Assembly (NCBI GenBank): GCA_050633305.1
Contig: JBOEGF010000011.1
Coordinates: forward strand, 159,312 to 223,311
DNA: 64,000 nucleotides
Direction of reading: 5' to 3'
DNA from: Nannocystales bacterium
GTDB lineage: Bacteria > Myxococcota_A > Polyangia > Nannocystales > Nannocystaceae
Shown here: positions 47,852 to 59,978 of the stretch, piece by piece
Layout: every line of letters starts with the position of its first letter
Numbering within the stretch: position 1 is the stretch's first letter
The notes under the pieces: model-generated
The model's input: the letters and a program-made list of their open reading frames with translations, nothing else
Told to the model about the DNA's origin: nothing
Database searches by the model: none
Made by a program: the position numbers and the translations under genes

Positions 47852-48940
47852 ATGGCTGTAGATCACTACGCGGTGCTCGGCGTCGAGCGGGGTGCGGACT
47901 CGGAGGCGATCAAGAAGGCCTACCGTCGGCTGACGCTGCAGTTTCACCCCGACCGCCATCCCGACGATGCCCACGCCCAAGAGCGATTCCGGCAGATCAA
48001 CCAAGCCTACGACGTGTTGGGCGACCCCCGGAAACGGACCCGCTACGACACGCAGGCCCGTCTGAGCAGCGGCCTCGACTTGGCCGGCGTGCAACCGGGT
48101 CAGAGCCCTCGCGATCTACTGCAGAACGTCTTCGGGGACGTGTTCCGGAGTCGCCGACGCGGGCGGCGGCGCGGGCGAGACCTCCGCTACACCCTGACCA
48201 TCTCGCTCGAGGACGCGGTGCGCGGCGGCCCACACGAGATCGCATTCGATGCCCTGGGGCCGTGTGAGACGTGCTCGGGGACCGGCACGCGACCGGGCGG
48301 GGCGCCACCGACGACGTGTGACGTCTGCGGAGGGAAGGGGGAGGTCAAGGGCGACGGCCTGTTTGCGCCGTGGACTCGATGTGGACGGTGCGACGGCGCG
48401 GGCATGCTGCAAACCGACGCCTGCAAGACCTGTCGAGGCTCAGGCAAGTCTCGGGCGTCGCGGGCATTCACCGTGACACTTCCTCCCGGAGTCGACAGTG
48501 GCGCGCAGAAACTCCTCGAGGGTCAGGGCGAGCCTGGTCGGTTCGAAGGCGCAGCGGGTGATCTCAAGGTCACCATTCACGTTCGCCCCGACGCATTCTT
48601 GGAACGGCGTGGGACCGAGCTGCGCTGCGAGTTGTTCGTGAGTCTCACCGAAGCCGCCCTCGGAGCCCGGGTCGAGGTTCCGACCGTCGATGGGGCCGTG
48701 GAGGTCGACATCCCGGCCGGGATTCGCAGCGGAACTAAGCTACGGCTGCGGGGGAAAGGGATCCCTGCCAAGCAGGGCCGAGGGGATCAGCTGGTGCTTG
48801 TCACCGTCGAGACGCCCACCGCCGCCGATCCGAACGTTGCCGCGACGCTCCGCGAGCTGGAAGAACGCAGCGCGCTGGCATCTGCCTTGCCCAAGCGGTC
48901 CGAACAGCGCGCCGCGTTTGCGGAGCGCAAGAAGCCATAA
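47852..48940 (+). CDS. dnaJ: molecular chaperone DnaJ
   Basis: J-domain HPD; four CxxCxGxG repeats; LRGKG..GDQLV. Confidence 0.93.
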   Translation: MAVDHYAVLGVERGADSEAIKKAYRRLTLQFHPDRHPDDAHAQERFRQINQAYDVLGDPRKRTRYDTQARLSSGLDLAGVQPGQSPRDLLQNVFGDVFRSRRRGRRRGRDLRYTLTISLEDAVRGGPHEIAFDALGPCETCSGTGTRPGGAPPTTCDVCGGKGEVKGDGLFAPWTRCGRCDGAGMLQTDACKTCRGSGKSRASRAFTVTLPPGVDSGAQKLLEGQGEPGRFEGAAGDLKVTIHVRPDAFLERRGTELRCELFVSLTEAALGARVEVPTVDGAVEVDIPAGIRSGTKLRLRGKGIPAKQGRGDQLVLVTVETPTAADPNVAATLRELEERSALASALPKRSEQRAAFAERKKP

Positions 48941-49007
48941 CCGCTCGGCTCCAGTCTTGCGTTCGAAAGACGCCGGACTGCGCTATGGTTGGCTGCAGCA
49001 GACGGGC

Positions 49008-49727
49008 ATGGTCTTCATCGACATCAAGCACCGCGAGGTGACGCTGAAGCTGGTCTACTACGGGCCGGCGCTCAGCGGGAAGACGACCAACCTCCAGCAG
49101 CTCCATCGTCTGATGGGCCAACAGACCGCCAGCGAGCTTTTGACGCTCAACACGCGGGACGACAGAACGCTGTTCTTTGACCTGCTTCCACTGCGCTTCA
49201 GCACCCGGGGAGGCCTCGACATCAAGCTCAAGCTGTTCACGGTCCCCGGGCAGGTCATGCATGCCGCGACCCGGCGCATCGTGTTGCAGGGGGCCGATGG
49301 CGTTGCGTTTATCGCCGATTCGCAGGTCTCTCAGACTCGCAACAACAACGAGAGCTTCGCCGACCTGCGGCGCAACTTGTCGGAGAACGGCATCGGCGAG
49401 GATGACGTCGCGCTGGTGATTCAGTTCAACAAGCGCGACCTTCCGGGGATCCGCTCCGATGATGAGGTTCGGAAGATCGCCTCAAAGGGCAAGGAGCCGG
49501 TCTACAAGGGCACTGCCATCGAGGGGCTGGGTGTCGCCGACACGTTCTTGGGCCTCGCGGACCTGACGTGGTCCAAGCTCGAGAGTCGTTATGCGCTCAA
49601 GGAAAAGTTCGGTGTGGACCGGTCCGACTTCATGGCCCACGTCCGCTCGATGCTCGACGCAGGGTCGCAGGCCGGCCGGTTGCCCATCGACCCACCCGAT
49701 CGCGCCGATCGCGAAGGGGCCGTATGA
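49008..49727 (+). CDS. MglA-family small GTPase (SofG-like)
   Basis: KLVYYGPALSGKTTNL, DRTLFFD, TVPGQV, NKRD; C-terminal extension; no adjacent mglB. Confidence 0.9.
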   Translation: MVFIDIKHREVTLKLVYYGPALSGKTTNLQQLHRLMGQQTASELLTLNTRDDRTLFFDLLPLRFSTRGGLDIKLKLFTVPGQVMHAATRRIVLQGADGVAFIADSQVSQTRNNNESFADLRRNLSENGIGEDDVALVIQFNKRDLPGIRSDDEVRKIASKGKEPVYKGTAIEGLGVADTFLGLADLTWSKLESRYALKEKFGVDRSDFMAHVRSMLDAGSQAGRLPIDPPDRADREGAV

Positions 49728-51001
49728 GCGCAACCGAGCTGCCATTGGGGATCTCCGATCGGGTCCCCCCGCTGTCGGACCTGATCCGATGGGATGATCT
49801 GCAGCGGGTGCTGACGCCGTTCCTCACCGGGACCGTGGCCGGCATCGCGTTGTTCGCCCGCGACGGAACGCTCTTCGCGGGCGCGCATGCGGAAGAAGGT
49901 GCGATGGCCTCGTGGGAGCAGCTCCCGCCGGAGGCCGCAGCATCCATGCAGCGAGGCGGCTCCTCGGCGTTCGGCATCGCCACCAACATCTTTGACGTCC
50001 GGGCCGTGTACGCGGGGACGGAGCGCGTCGGGGTCCTCGTCGTCGCGCGCGCGGCCGAGCCGACCGATGTTCGGGATGCGTCGGTGGCCGACGCGTTGGT
50101 GGGGGTTGTCGCCATGCTTCTCCAGGCTGGGTATGCCACGTGGGTCACCTCCGAGATGCATCTGGCCTCGGCGGAGTCTGCCCACACCGCGATGACGCAG
50201 CGTGCGAGCGAGTTGGAGCGGGCCGTCGCGCACCTTCGCGAACTCGACAAGCTCAAGAGCAACTTCCTCGCAACCGTCTCCCACGAGCTTCGCACTCCGC
50301 TCACGTCGGTGATCGGCTTCTCCGAGATGCTGATCGAGGGCTTGGCCGGCCCGCTGAACGAGGAGCAGGCGGACTACGTCAAGACGATCCTCGACCGGGG
50401 CGAGGAGCTGCTGACGCTGATCTCCCATGTCTTGGAGATGTCGCAGCTCGAGGTCGGGACTCTCCGGCTCGATCTCGAGTCGCAGCCGCTTTCGAAGATC
50501 CTCGCACGTGCCGTAGAGACGCTGCGGCCCGCTGCGGACGCATCGTCGGTTCACATCGACGTACAGCTCCCCGCGGAGGGAGCGTTGCCCTCGGTCCTCG
50601 TGGACGCCGAAAAGACGCAGCGGGTCCTGCAGAACCTGATCGGGAACGCGATCAAGTTCAGCAAGCCCGGAGGCGTCATCACCGTTGCGGCCGCTCCTGC
50701 ACCCATTCGCAAGCCCTTCCAAGAGGAGACCCTGTTCGGCGAGGAGGCCGAAGATGCGGTTCGCCTCACGGTGACCGACCAGGGGATCGGGATCTCGACC
50801 GACGAGCTCCCGAAGATCTTCGAGGCCTTCTATCAGGTTGATGCGAGCCCGACGCGCGAGCATGGCGGCGCGGGGCTGGGTTTGTCGATCGTCAAGAATC
50901 TCGTCTCAGCCCATGGCGGTGATGTTTGGGTGGAGAGCGAGCTGGGCGTGGGGACCTCGATCCACTTCACGGTTCCCATCGGGACCCATCCGCAGGGGTG
51001 A
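49724..51001 (+). CDS. cytoplasmic sensor histidine kinase
   Basis: VSHELRTPL H-box, NLIGNAIKF, DQGIGI, GAGLGL; N-terminal GAF/PocR-like region; ATGA overlap with the GTPase. Confidence 0.93.
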   Translation: MSATELPLGISDRVPPLSDLIRWDDLQRVLTPFLTGTVAGIALFARDGTLFAGAHAEEGAMASWEQLPPEAAASMQRGGSSAFGIATNIFDVRAVYAGTERVGVLVVARAAEPTDVRDASVADALVGVVAMLLQAGYATWVTSEMHLASAESAHTAMTQRASELERAVAHLRELDKLKSNFLATVSHELRTPLTSVIGFSEMLIEGLAGPLNEEQADYVKTILDRGEELLTLISHVLEMSQLEVGTLRLDLESQPLSKILARAVETLRPAADASSVHIDVQLPAEGALPSVLVDAEKTQRVLQNLIGNAIKFSKPGGVITVAAAPAPIRKPFQEETLFGEEAEDAVRLTVTDQGIGISTDELPKIFEAFYQVDASPTREHGGAGLGLSIVKNLVSAHGGDVWVESELGVGTSIHFTVPIGTHPQG

Positions 51002-51142
51002 TCGCTCCGTGATCGCTTCCGTAGGCGGGATCGAACGCGACGATTCCTTCGAAATTGCCCCGTCGAACCGGGGCTACGAGACGTTTGCGGCCTTGTGCGA
51101 AGTGACTGTCATCGTGCATCTTGCCTGCGCAGAGGTCTGCCG

Positions 51143-51454
51143 ATGAAGGTCACCGAACAACTCCGCGAACTTGAGGGCGTTGCCGAAACGCTCGGGGTCC
51201 GCGTTAGCTACGAGCCGATGACCGGCATCGTCAGCGGTGCTGGTGGCATGTGTCGAGTGAAGGGCGAGTATCGGGTCATCATCGACCGGCGTCTTCGGAC
51301 CTCCGAGCGGATCACGCTCCTTGCCGACGCCCTGCGTCGTTTCGACACGGCATCGATCGAGATGCCCGCGGTCGTCCGTCGGGCTCTAGCCGGTGGGGCG
51401 ACGGACAGCGCTGCTGACGAAGAGACCGACAACACCGTCCGTCGGTCCGCCTAA
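51143..51454 (+). CDS. small hypothetical protein (IrrE/ImmA N-domain-like, no HExxH)
   Basis: AETLGVRVSY...GGMC...IIDRRL..SERITLLADAL. Confidence 0.7.
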   Translation: MKVTEQLRELEGVAETLGVRVSYEPMTGIVSGAGGMCRVKGEYRVIIDRRLRTSERITLLADALRRFDTASIEMPAVVRRALAGGATDSAADEETDNTVRRSA

Positions 51455-51626
51455 CCAGGGGGCAACGGCCCATGGTCCCTGAGCGGGCCTGAACGCCATC
51501 GCATGCCGGGCCTCGTCCAGCGCCTCGCACCCGGTCGTACCCGGGCGGGACAAGATGGGCGGATACGCTCGCCGCTCGCGAGCGCCGCGAAGCCGCCGGG
51601 TCACGCGCTAGCCGCCGAGTGACGCG

Positions 51627-52001
51627 CTAGCCGCGGGGATCGAGGAGCGCCGCGAGCGTCGGGTCGTTGGCGAGCGCCGCGGCGACTTCGGCCTGAATGC
51701 TCTCCACGAGGGCGGGGGCGGCGCCTTCCGGGAGTTGCGCGGCGACGACGCGGTCGACAAGCATCGACTGCGCCTCGGCGGGCGAGAGCGATCCCGACGC
51801 CAATCCGGCTGAGATCTCATCGATGCCGAGTGCAGACCCAGGTGCGTCGACGGCTGTTGCGGCCGCGATCTCGCCCGCGGAGCCGACCGACTCGGTCTCA
51901 CCGACAGCCGCGGCGGCCTCGGTCGCATCGGCTGCGCCGGCCGGTGCATTGCGCTCGATCGCCCCTATACCCAGTTCAAGCTCGTCGTCGCCAGGGGTCA
52001 T
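51627..52001 (-). CDS. small acidic hypothetical protein
   Basis: GGAG SD before ATG; helical C-terminus ALANDPTLAALL. Confidence 0.6.
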   Translation of the reverse strand: MTPGDDELELGIGAIERNAPAGAADATEAAAAVGETESVGSAGEIAAATAVDAPGSALGIDEISAGLASGSLSPAEAQSMLVDRVVAAQLPEGAAPALVESIQAEVAAALANDPTLAALLDPRG

Positions 52002-52135
52002 ACGCGTTCTCCACGATCTTATCATCGACCACCGACGTCAATCGTTGCACGGCTGTCGCACGTAGTCCTGATCGAGCGGGTGGGCGGAGCGGCCGCACGC
52101 CGGTGTCGGTCAAGTCTGCGAAACGGACGTCGCTG

Positions 52136-52145
52136 TGGTTATAAT
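52136..52145 (+). promoter_or_regulatory. -10 element upstream of the PEGA kinase gene
   Basis: TGGTTATAAT (perfect TATAAT) in a GC-rich divergent intergenic region. Confidence 0.45.
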
Positions 52146-52221
52146 GCCGACCCAGAGCAGGACACGTGTTTGTGCGCGTTCTCCGCTCGATCTTGCCACC
52201 ATCCCTCTGGAGTGACGCGCG

Positions 52222-55092
<2,871 letters not shown>

Positions 55093-55158
55093 GCCCACGC
55101 CAGCCCTGCGCCCACGGGCGACCTCCCGCGGAGCCGCTGACCATCTCAGGTGGTCGGC

Positions 55159-56016
55159 CTACTCGCTGGAGGCGGGCACGTGCTTATGGCTCGCCGCAGC
55201 ATCGCGGACCAGCGTGAAGACGGTGTCGGGAAGATAGTCGGCCTGCGCGACCTGCTCGGCCGCGAACTCCTCGCGGATTCGCTCGACGGTCTCGACCGAT
55301 GCCCCGGCGCCGATGTCTCGGAGCTTCTTTCGGAGCATTCGCCGATAGTCGGCGTCCTCGGCTTGGGCGAGCTCGGCCTCGAGGAACTGGCGGGCGAGGG
55401 CGGACTCGGCGTGGTCGGAGACCAGGGTGGCGGCGTACTGTCGGACCAGCGGGTCGGCACCGAACGCGGCAGCGCGGCGGATGAGCCGAATCCCCTCCGC
55501 CCGAGCCGTGGCCCGCTCCTCGTCGCTGTAGCCAGGCGTGGAAGAAACCTGGTGGGTCAGCAGCATGCCGAGGCCGTACAAGAGCTTGTGGTCCTCCGGG
55601 AACTCGACCAAGCCCGCTCGGTAGATCTCGATGCTGATATCGACGCCTTCCCGGGCGATGGTCGTGGAGCCGCCGTAGATCGCCGTCACCCCGCCCCAGT
55701 GGTAGACGCGGGGGAACCGGGGGGCGAGCCCCGCGATTGCGTTTGCATACCGGTGTACGGCCGGGACGCTGGTGTTTCCCAAGGACGCACCGGAGAATAC
55801 GAGGGCCCGGACCCACAGCAGGTCGGCCAAGGCCTCTCGGTAGCCCAAGCTCATCGGCCGTAGATGGGTGGCCTCGGGGACGTACAGCACGTCCGCGTCG
55901 TCCGGCATCCGCGACCGCTGCGATGCAACCGGCCTGCGAATCTGAGTCGCGGTCGTCCCGGCTGCCAGAGCGAAGGCCACGATGAGTGCCCTCGATGCGC
56001 GTCGTCCAAGCGCCAC
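55159..56016 (-). CDS. PilG-like pilus accessory protein
   Basis: N-terminal TM, SLGYREALADLLWVRAL motif, TPR-like helices; directly downstream of pilin like myxobacterial pilG; GTG start inferred. Confidence 0.6.
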   Translation of the reverse strand: MALGRRASRALIVAFALAAGTTATQIRRPVASQRSRMPDDADVLYVPEATHLRPMSLGYREALADLLWVRALVFSGASLGNTSVPAVHRYANAIAGLAPRFPRVYHWGGVTAIYGGSTTIAREGVDISIEIYRAGLVEFPEDHKLLYGLGMLLTHQVSSTPGYSDEERATARAEGIRLIRRAAAFGADPLVRQYAATLVSDHAESALARQFLEAELAQAEDADYRRMLRKKLRDIGAGASVETVERIREEFAAEQVAQADYLPDTVFTLVRDAAASHKHVPASSE

Positions 56017-56044
56017 GTCGCCTACGATAGTCGTGGATGAACCA

Positions 56045-56082
56045 AACGAAAAGGGCGACTGGAGTTCCAGTCGCCCTTCGTT
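56045..56082 (-). terminator. intrinsic terminator after pilin
   Basis: Minus strand AAGGGCGACTGG-AACT-CCAGTCGCCCTT followed by TTCGTTT. Confidence 0.85.
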
Positions 56083-56136
56083 CTCGCACAGCTCGCTCCC
56101 CGGCGGAGCGCCTCTGCGACTCACGCTGTGTGCTGA

Positions 56137-56172
56137 CTACTCGACGGCCTACTCGACGGCTTACTCGACCTC
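56137..56172. repeat. 12-bp tandem repeat duplicating the pilin stop region
   Basis: ctactcgacggc twice plus ttactcgacctc. Confidence 0.85.
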
Positions 56173-56811
56173 TTGGTCGATGTAGAGACCCGCAGCACCG
56201 TTGACGCCGTTTTGGTCGGCGGCACCGGAGCGCTCGTAGGTCGAGAAGGTGGTGTCGGCGTCCAGGTCGGCGAAGGCCTGGGCAGTGAACTGACAAGCGC
56301 CGAAGCCCGTCTCTTCGTTGGAGGCGATGAAGTTGTAGTGGAAGTAGTGGCCCTGCTCCTGCTGGAAGTTCAGGCCGTTCCACACGTTGTTGTCACCCCA
56401 CAGGTCGATCTCGTAGAAACCCGCGCCCGCGCCACTCTGGGCCGGGACACAACGACCGCCAGGTCCCGTGTTGCAGTCGAGGGTGAGGTCCGGGGTGATT
56501 CCCGCTTCGCCGCCGCCGGGGGCGTCGGTCGGGTGGGGGCAACGGTGCGGCGCCTGGTCCTGGATCAGACCGCCATCGCCGATGAGTGCGGTGCGGCCGC
56601 GCTCGACGTGCTCCTCGTTGAAGTACGAAGACGTTGCATCGAACATCTTGGCCAGCTGAACGCGGGCTTCCGAAGTCTTCGAGCGACGCATGTACTTCGT
56701 CAGTGCTGGAATCGCGATGGCGGCGAGGATGCCGAGGATTGCCACGACGATCATCAGCTCGATGAGAGTGAAGCCGCGCGCCTTCTTGAGTCGTTGAATG
56801 TCCAGATGCAT
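56161..56811 (-). CDS. pilA: type IVa pilin, probable major pilin
   Basis: Prepilin cleavage site RG|FTLIELMIVVAILGILAAIAIP, four Cys, C-terminal FTAQAFADLDAD; purine-rich SD; terminator downstream. Confidence 0.85.
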   Translation of the reverse strand: MHLDIQRLKKARGFTLIELMIVVAILGILAAIAIPALTKYMRRSKTSEARVQLAKMFDATSSYFNEEHVERGRTALIGDGGLIQDQAPHRCPHPTDAPGGGEAGITPDLTLDCNTGPGGRCVPAQSGAGAGFYEIDLWGDNNVWNGLNFQQEQGHYFHYNFIASNEETGFGACQFTAQAFADLDADTTFSTYERSGAADQNGVNGAAGLYIDQEVE

Positions 56812-56912
56812 TGTCTTGTTCCCCTGTGTCCGTTCGTTTGGTGCGGCTGCGTCGCCGCGGCAAGTGGTAGGTCCTCGCCGGTCATGGCTGGCCGAGGCCA
56901 GCCTGCTCGGTC

Positions 56913-57614
56913 CTACTCGTTCTCCATGTAGGTCTGGGTGTCGTCGGTCCCGTAGTTGACGTCTGACGTGTAGTGGGCCGACGTGAAGGCCCAGTAGGTC
57001 GTGTCCTGGTCGAAGTCGCAGAGCGCGTAGGTGTAGAACCAGTCGCGCGCGTAGAAATTCGCCTCAGGGAAGATTTGGTTCGACAGCGTGCCGTCGGGGG
57101 GCTCGTCTGCGTTCTCGGGGACCATCGAGTCGGTGCCGTGTCCCGAAATGGTCGCGTAGCCGCACAGGCTGTGTCCGCCTTCGGGCATGAATCGCAGGGC
57201 ATCGAAGCCGTGCAGGTTGCTGCCTCCGCGGAAGAACTCGCCGTCGGCGGCCGTGGCGGCCGTGTAGCCATCTGCCTCGATGTCCCAAGGGATCACGCCG
57301 TCGGCGGTCGAGACATCGGTGCCCAGCGGATAGGTGCAGCCGGGACCTTCGCAGTCCGTCGAGCTGGCGTAGTGGCCCGCGACCGCCAGGAAGTTTTTCT
57401 GCCGTAGCGTGATCTGCGAGACGTTGGAGAGGACCTCGGTCTTCTTGGCGTTGCGAACCTGTCGGGTGTACGCGCCGACGGCTACCGCGGCGAGAACTCC
57501 GAGGATGGTCACCACGGTCATCAGCTCGATCAGCGTGAATCCCCGGTTGAAAGCGCGGGGCGAGCCCCCGGCAGCGGAGAACGCTGAGTTGCGCGTGATG
57601 AGCACTCGTCGCAT
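56913..57614 (-). CDS. second type IV pilin-like protein
   Basis: RG|FTLIELMTVVTILGVLAAVAV; four Cys; C-terminal YALCDFDQD similar to the downstream pilin. Confidence 0.88.
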   Translation of the reverse strand: MRRVLITRNSAFSAAGGSPRAFNRGFTLIELMTVVTILGVLAAVAVGAYTRQVRNAKKTEVLSNVSQITLRQKNFLAVAGHYASSTDCEGPGCTYPLGTDVSTADGVIPWDIEADGYTAATAADGEFFRGGSNLHGFDALRFMPEGGHSLCGYATISGHGTDSMVPENADEPPDGTLSNQIFPEANFYARDWFYTYALCDFDQDTTYWAFTSAHYTSDVNYGTDDTQTYMENE

Positions 57615-57628
57615 CGACCCGCAACAAG

Positions 57629-57645
57629 AGCACACGCCGTGCCAA
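57629..57645 (-). promoter_or_regulatory. sigma-54 (-24/-12) promoter of the pilin operon
   Basis: Minus strand TTGGCACG-GCGT-GTGCT, matching TGGCACG-N4-TTGCW, directly downstream of an NtrC-family activator gene. Confidence 0.85.
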
Positions 57646-57749
57646 CTCTGCGCGCACCCGATATCGGGCGGGTTCAGCTGCGAGTGACGCTGCGCGTCAT
57701 CGGGCGGGGTGCCGCGATTTGTCACCGGGACGCGGCGCGTCAGCGAAGC

Positions 57750-59165
57750 TCACGAACCGTCCTCAGAGTCGTCCCGACCCCGGGACACCTCGATGCCGAG
57801 CTTCTCCAGTCGGTACCGCAGTGAGCGGAAGCTGATCGACAGCAGCTTCGCCGCCTCTTTTCGAACCCCGCGGGTCTTTCCAAGCGCCTCTTTGATCAGT
57901 CGGCGCTCGACGTCCGCGATCGCAGCGTCGAGGTCGAGACCCTCATCGGTCAGCTCGGGCCCCGCGATCGCGATCGCCGCGGTTGTTCGGCGACGCATCG
58001 GAGGGAGATTGACCGCGGTCAACACGTCGCTGGTCTCGAGCGCGATGGCGCGTTCTACGAGGTTCTCCAGCTCTCGAACGTTGCCCGGGTAGGGGTAGCG
58101 TAGGAACCAGTCGAGCGCGGAGGGGGTCACGCTTTTTAGATCGCGCCCCATCTCTTGCCGGATCCGCTGAAAAAAACGCTCGACGAGCAGAGGGATGTCC
58201 TCGGGGCGATGCCGTAGCGCTGGCAACACGACGCGCACGACGTCGAGGCGGAAGTAGAGATCTTGCCGGAACTCCCCCGCCTCGATCGCGTTCTCGAGGT
58301 CGCGGTTCGTCGCCGAGACCACACGGCAGTCGACTTCGACCTCACGGTCCCCGCCCACCGGCCGAACCCGGCGCTCCTGGAGGACCCGCAGCAGCTTGAC
58401 CTGCATGGTCGTGGGGAGCTCGCCAACCTCGTCGAGAAACAGCGTGCCTCCGCTTGCGGCAGAGAAGACACCCTCTCGGTTCGCGTTGGCTCCGGTGAAC
58501 GCACCTTTGACGTGGCCGAACAACTCGGACTCCATCAGGCTCTCCGGGATCGCGCCGCAGTTCACCGCGATGAACGGGCCCGCTGCACGGTCGGAGAGGT
58601 TGTGCAGCGCGCGAGCGACCAGCTCCTTCCCGGTGCCCGACTCGCCGCGAACGAGGACGTTCGTACGCGTAGGGGCGACTTTGCGGATCAGCTCAAATAC
58701 CTTGAGCATGTCCTCGGAGCGGCCCACCATGCGATCGAGGCTCTGGACCCCGCGGAGCTCTTCGCGAAGCCGCTCGTTCTCGGTGGCCAGCGAGCGGCGC
58801 TCCAGTGCCCGCGACACGACGACCTGGATCTGATCGACCTTGAAGGGCTTGGTCAGATAGTCGTAGGCACCCAGTTTCATCGCCTCGATCGCGGTGTCCG
58901 TAGTCGCAAATGCCGTGATCATGATGACCATGGGCGCGTCTGGGAGCGCGCAGACGTGCCGGAGCACCTCCATGCCGCCCACGCCCGGCATCGTCAGGTC
59001 GGTGATGACGAGGTCAAAAGGGCGATCTGAGGTGAGCCGCACGGCCTCGGCGCCAGAAGCGACGGCTGTGCAGTGGTGCCCCGCACGTCCAAGGCAGATC
59101 GAAAGGAACTCGCGCATGCCCTGTTCGTCGTCGACGATCAGGATGCGAGCGGCCACGGACGGCAT
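57750..59165 (-). CDS. pilR: sigma-54-dependent response regulator (PilR-like)
   Basis: Receiver domain (VDDE, DLTMP, KPF), [21 protein letters not shown], Fis HTH with [10 protein letters not shown]; adjacent to pilins. Confidence 0.85.
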   Translation of the reverse strand: MPSVAARILIVDDEQGMREFLSICLGRAGHHCTAVASGAEAVRLTSDRPFDLVITDLTMPGVGGMEVLRHVCALPDAPMVIMITAFATTDTAIEAMKLGAYDYLTKPFKVDQIQVVVSRALERRSLATENERLREELRGVQSLDRMVGRSEDMLKVFELIRKVAPTRTNVLVRGESGTGKELVARALHNLSDRAAGPFIAVNCGAIPESLMESELFGHVKGAFTGANANREGVFSAASGGTLFLDEVGELPTTMQVKLLRVLQERRVRPVGGDREVEVDCRVVSATNRDLENAIEAGEFRQDLYFRLDVVRVVLPALRHRPEDIPLLVERFFQRIRQEMGRDLKSVTPSALDWFLRYPYPGNVRELENLVERAIALETSDVLTAVNLPPMRRRTTAAIAIAGPELTDEGLDLDAAIADVERRLIKEALGKTRGVRKEAAKLLSISFRSLRYRLEKLGIEVSRGRDDSEDGS

Positions 59166-59186
59166 GCGTTCGTAAATACCACGGGC

Positions 59187-59897
59187 TCAACCCGAGGCCT
59201 CGACGCCGACCTTGCGCAACTCCACCAAGACGTGGGCGCCGAAGACACCAAGCATCCGACGGTCGCGGCCGAACCACTCGAAGCGTTCGAGCAGGGACCC
59301 AAGCAAGGGGACCGCCAGGAGGCTGGGCGCATGCGCAGCGATGCGGGTGCCGTGCAAGCGAGCCAAGTGCAGCGACCGCGGCAGCATCCTCTTGAAGCGG
59401 CCGAGCGTGTCCAGGCGCGTGATGCCCCGGTCGGAGTCCAACACCATCGGGCCACCTTCGACGACCGTCACCGGGTTTCGCAGGCCGTGATACAGGCCCC
59501 AGAGGCTGCGGGGGTTGTCGAACTGGATGAGGGCCGTGCCGTCGTCCCGAAGAACGCGGGCGGTCTCTGCAAGAAGAGAGCGGGCGGCGGAAACCGATGT
59601 CTCGTCGTCGCGGCCCAGGTGGGGAAGCGTGCGCACGCAGTACACGAGGTCGAACTGACCCTGCGGGACGGCCAGGTGAACGTCCGCGCCGCGGCCCAAA
59701 TCGGACGCGTCTACCACCGACAGCGAAGCTGCTCGATCCTCCACCCACTCGGCGAGCTGTCGGTTCCCGCGGCCGAGGTCGAGGACGCGCTGACCGGGTG
59801 CATGGGCCAGCACGACGTCCGCGGTCATCCGATCAACGAGATCGGTCAAGCGATCGCGACGCGGTTCCTGTCCGCGCGGCACGGGGTCCGCAGCCAT
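59187..59897 (-). CDS. class I SAM-dependent methyltransferase-like protein
   Basis: RVLDLGRG, FDLVYC, ETARVLRDDG. Confidence 0.8.
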   Translation of the reverse strand: MAADPVPRGQEPRRDRLTDLVDRMTADVVLAHAPGQRVLDLGRGNRQLAEWVEDRAASLSVVDASDLGRGADVHLAVPQGQFDLVYCVRTLPHLGRDDETSVSAARSLLAETARVLRDDGTALIQFDNPRSLWGLYHGLRNPVTVVEGGPMVLDSDRGITRLDTLGRFKRMLPRSLHLARLHGTRIAAHAPSLLAVPLLGSLLERFEWFGRDRRMLGVFGAHVLVELRKVGVEASG

Positions 59898-59978
59898 GAT
59901 CTGAAGCGATCGCGAGGGCGCGTTCGTTGACCGCTTCACAGACGACATGGTACGCCTGTCGCCGAACTAGGGAGCTCT

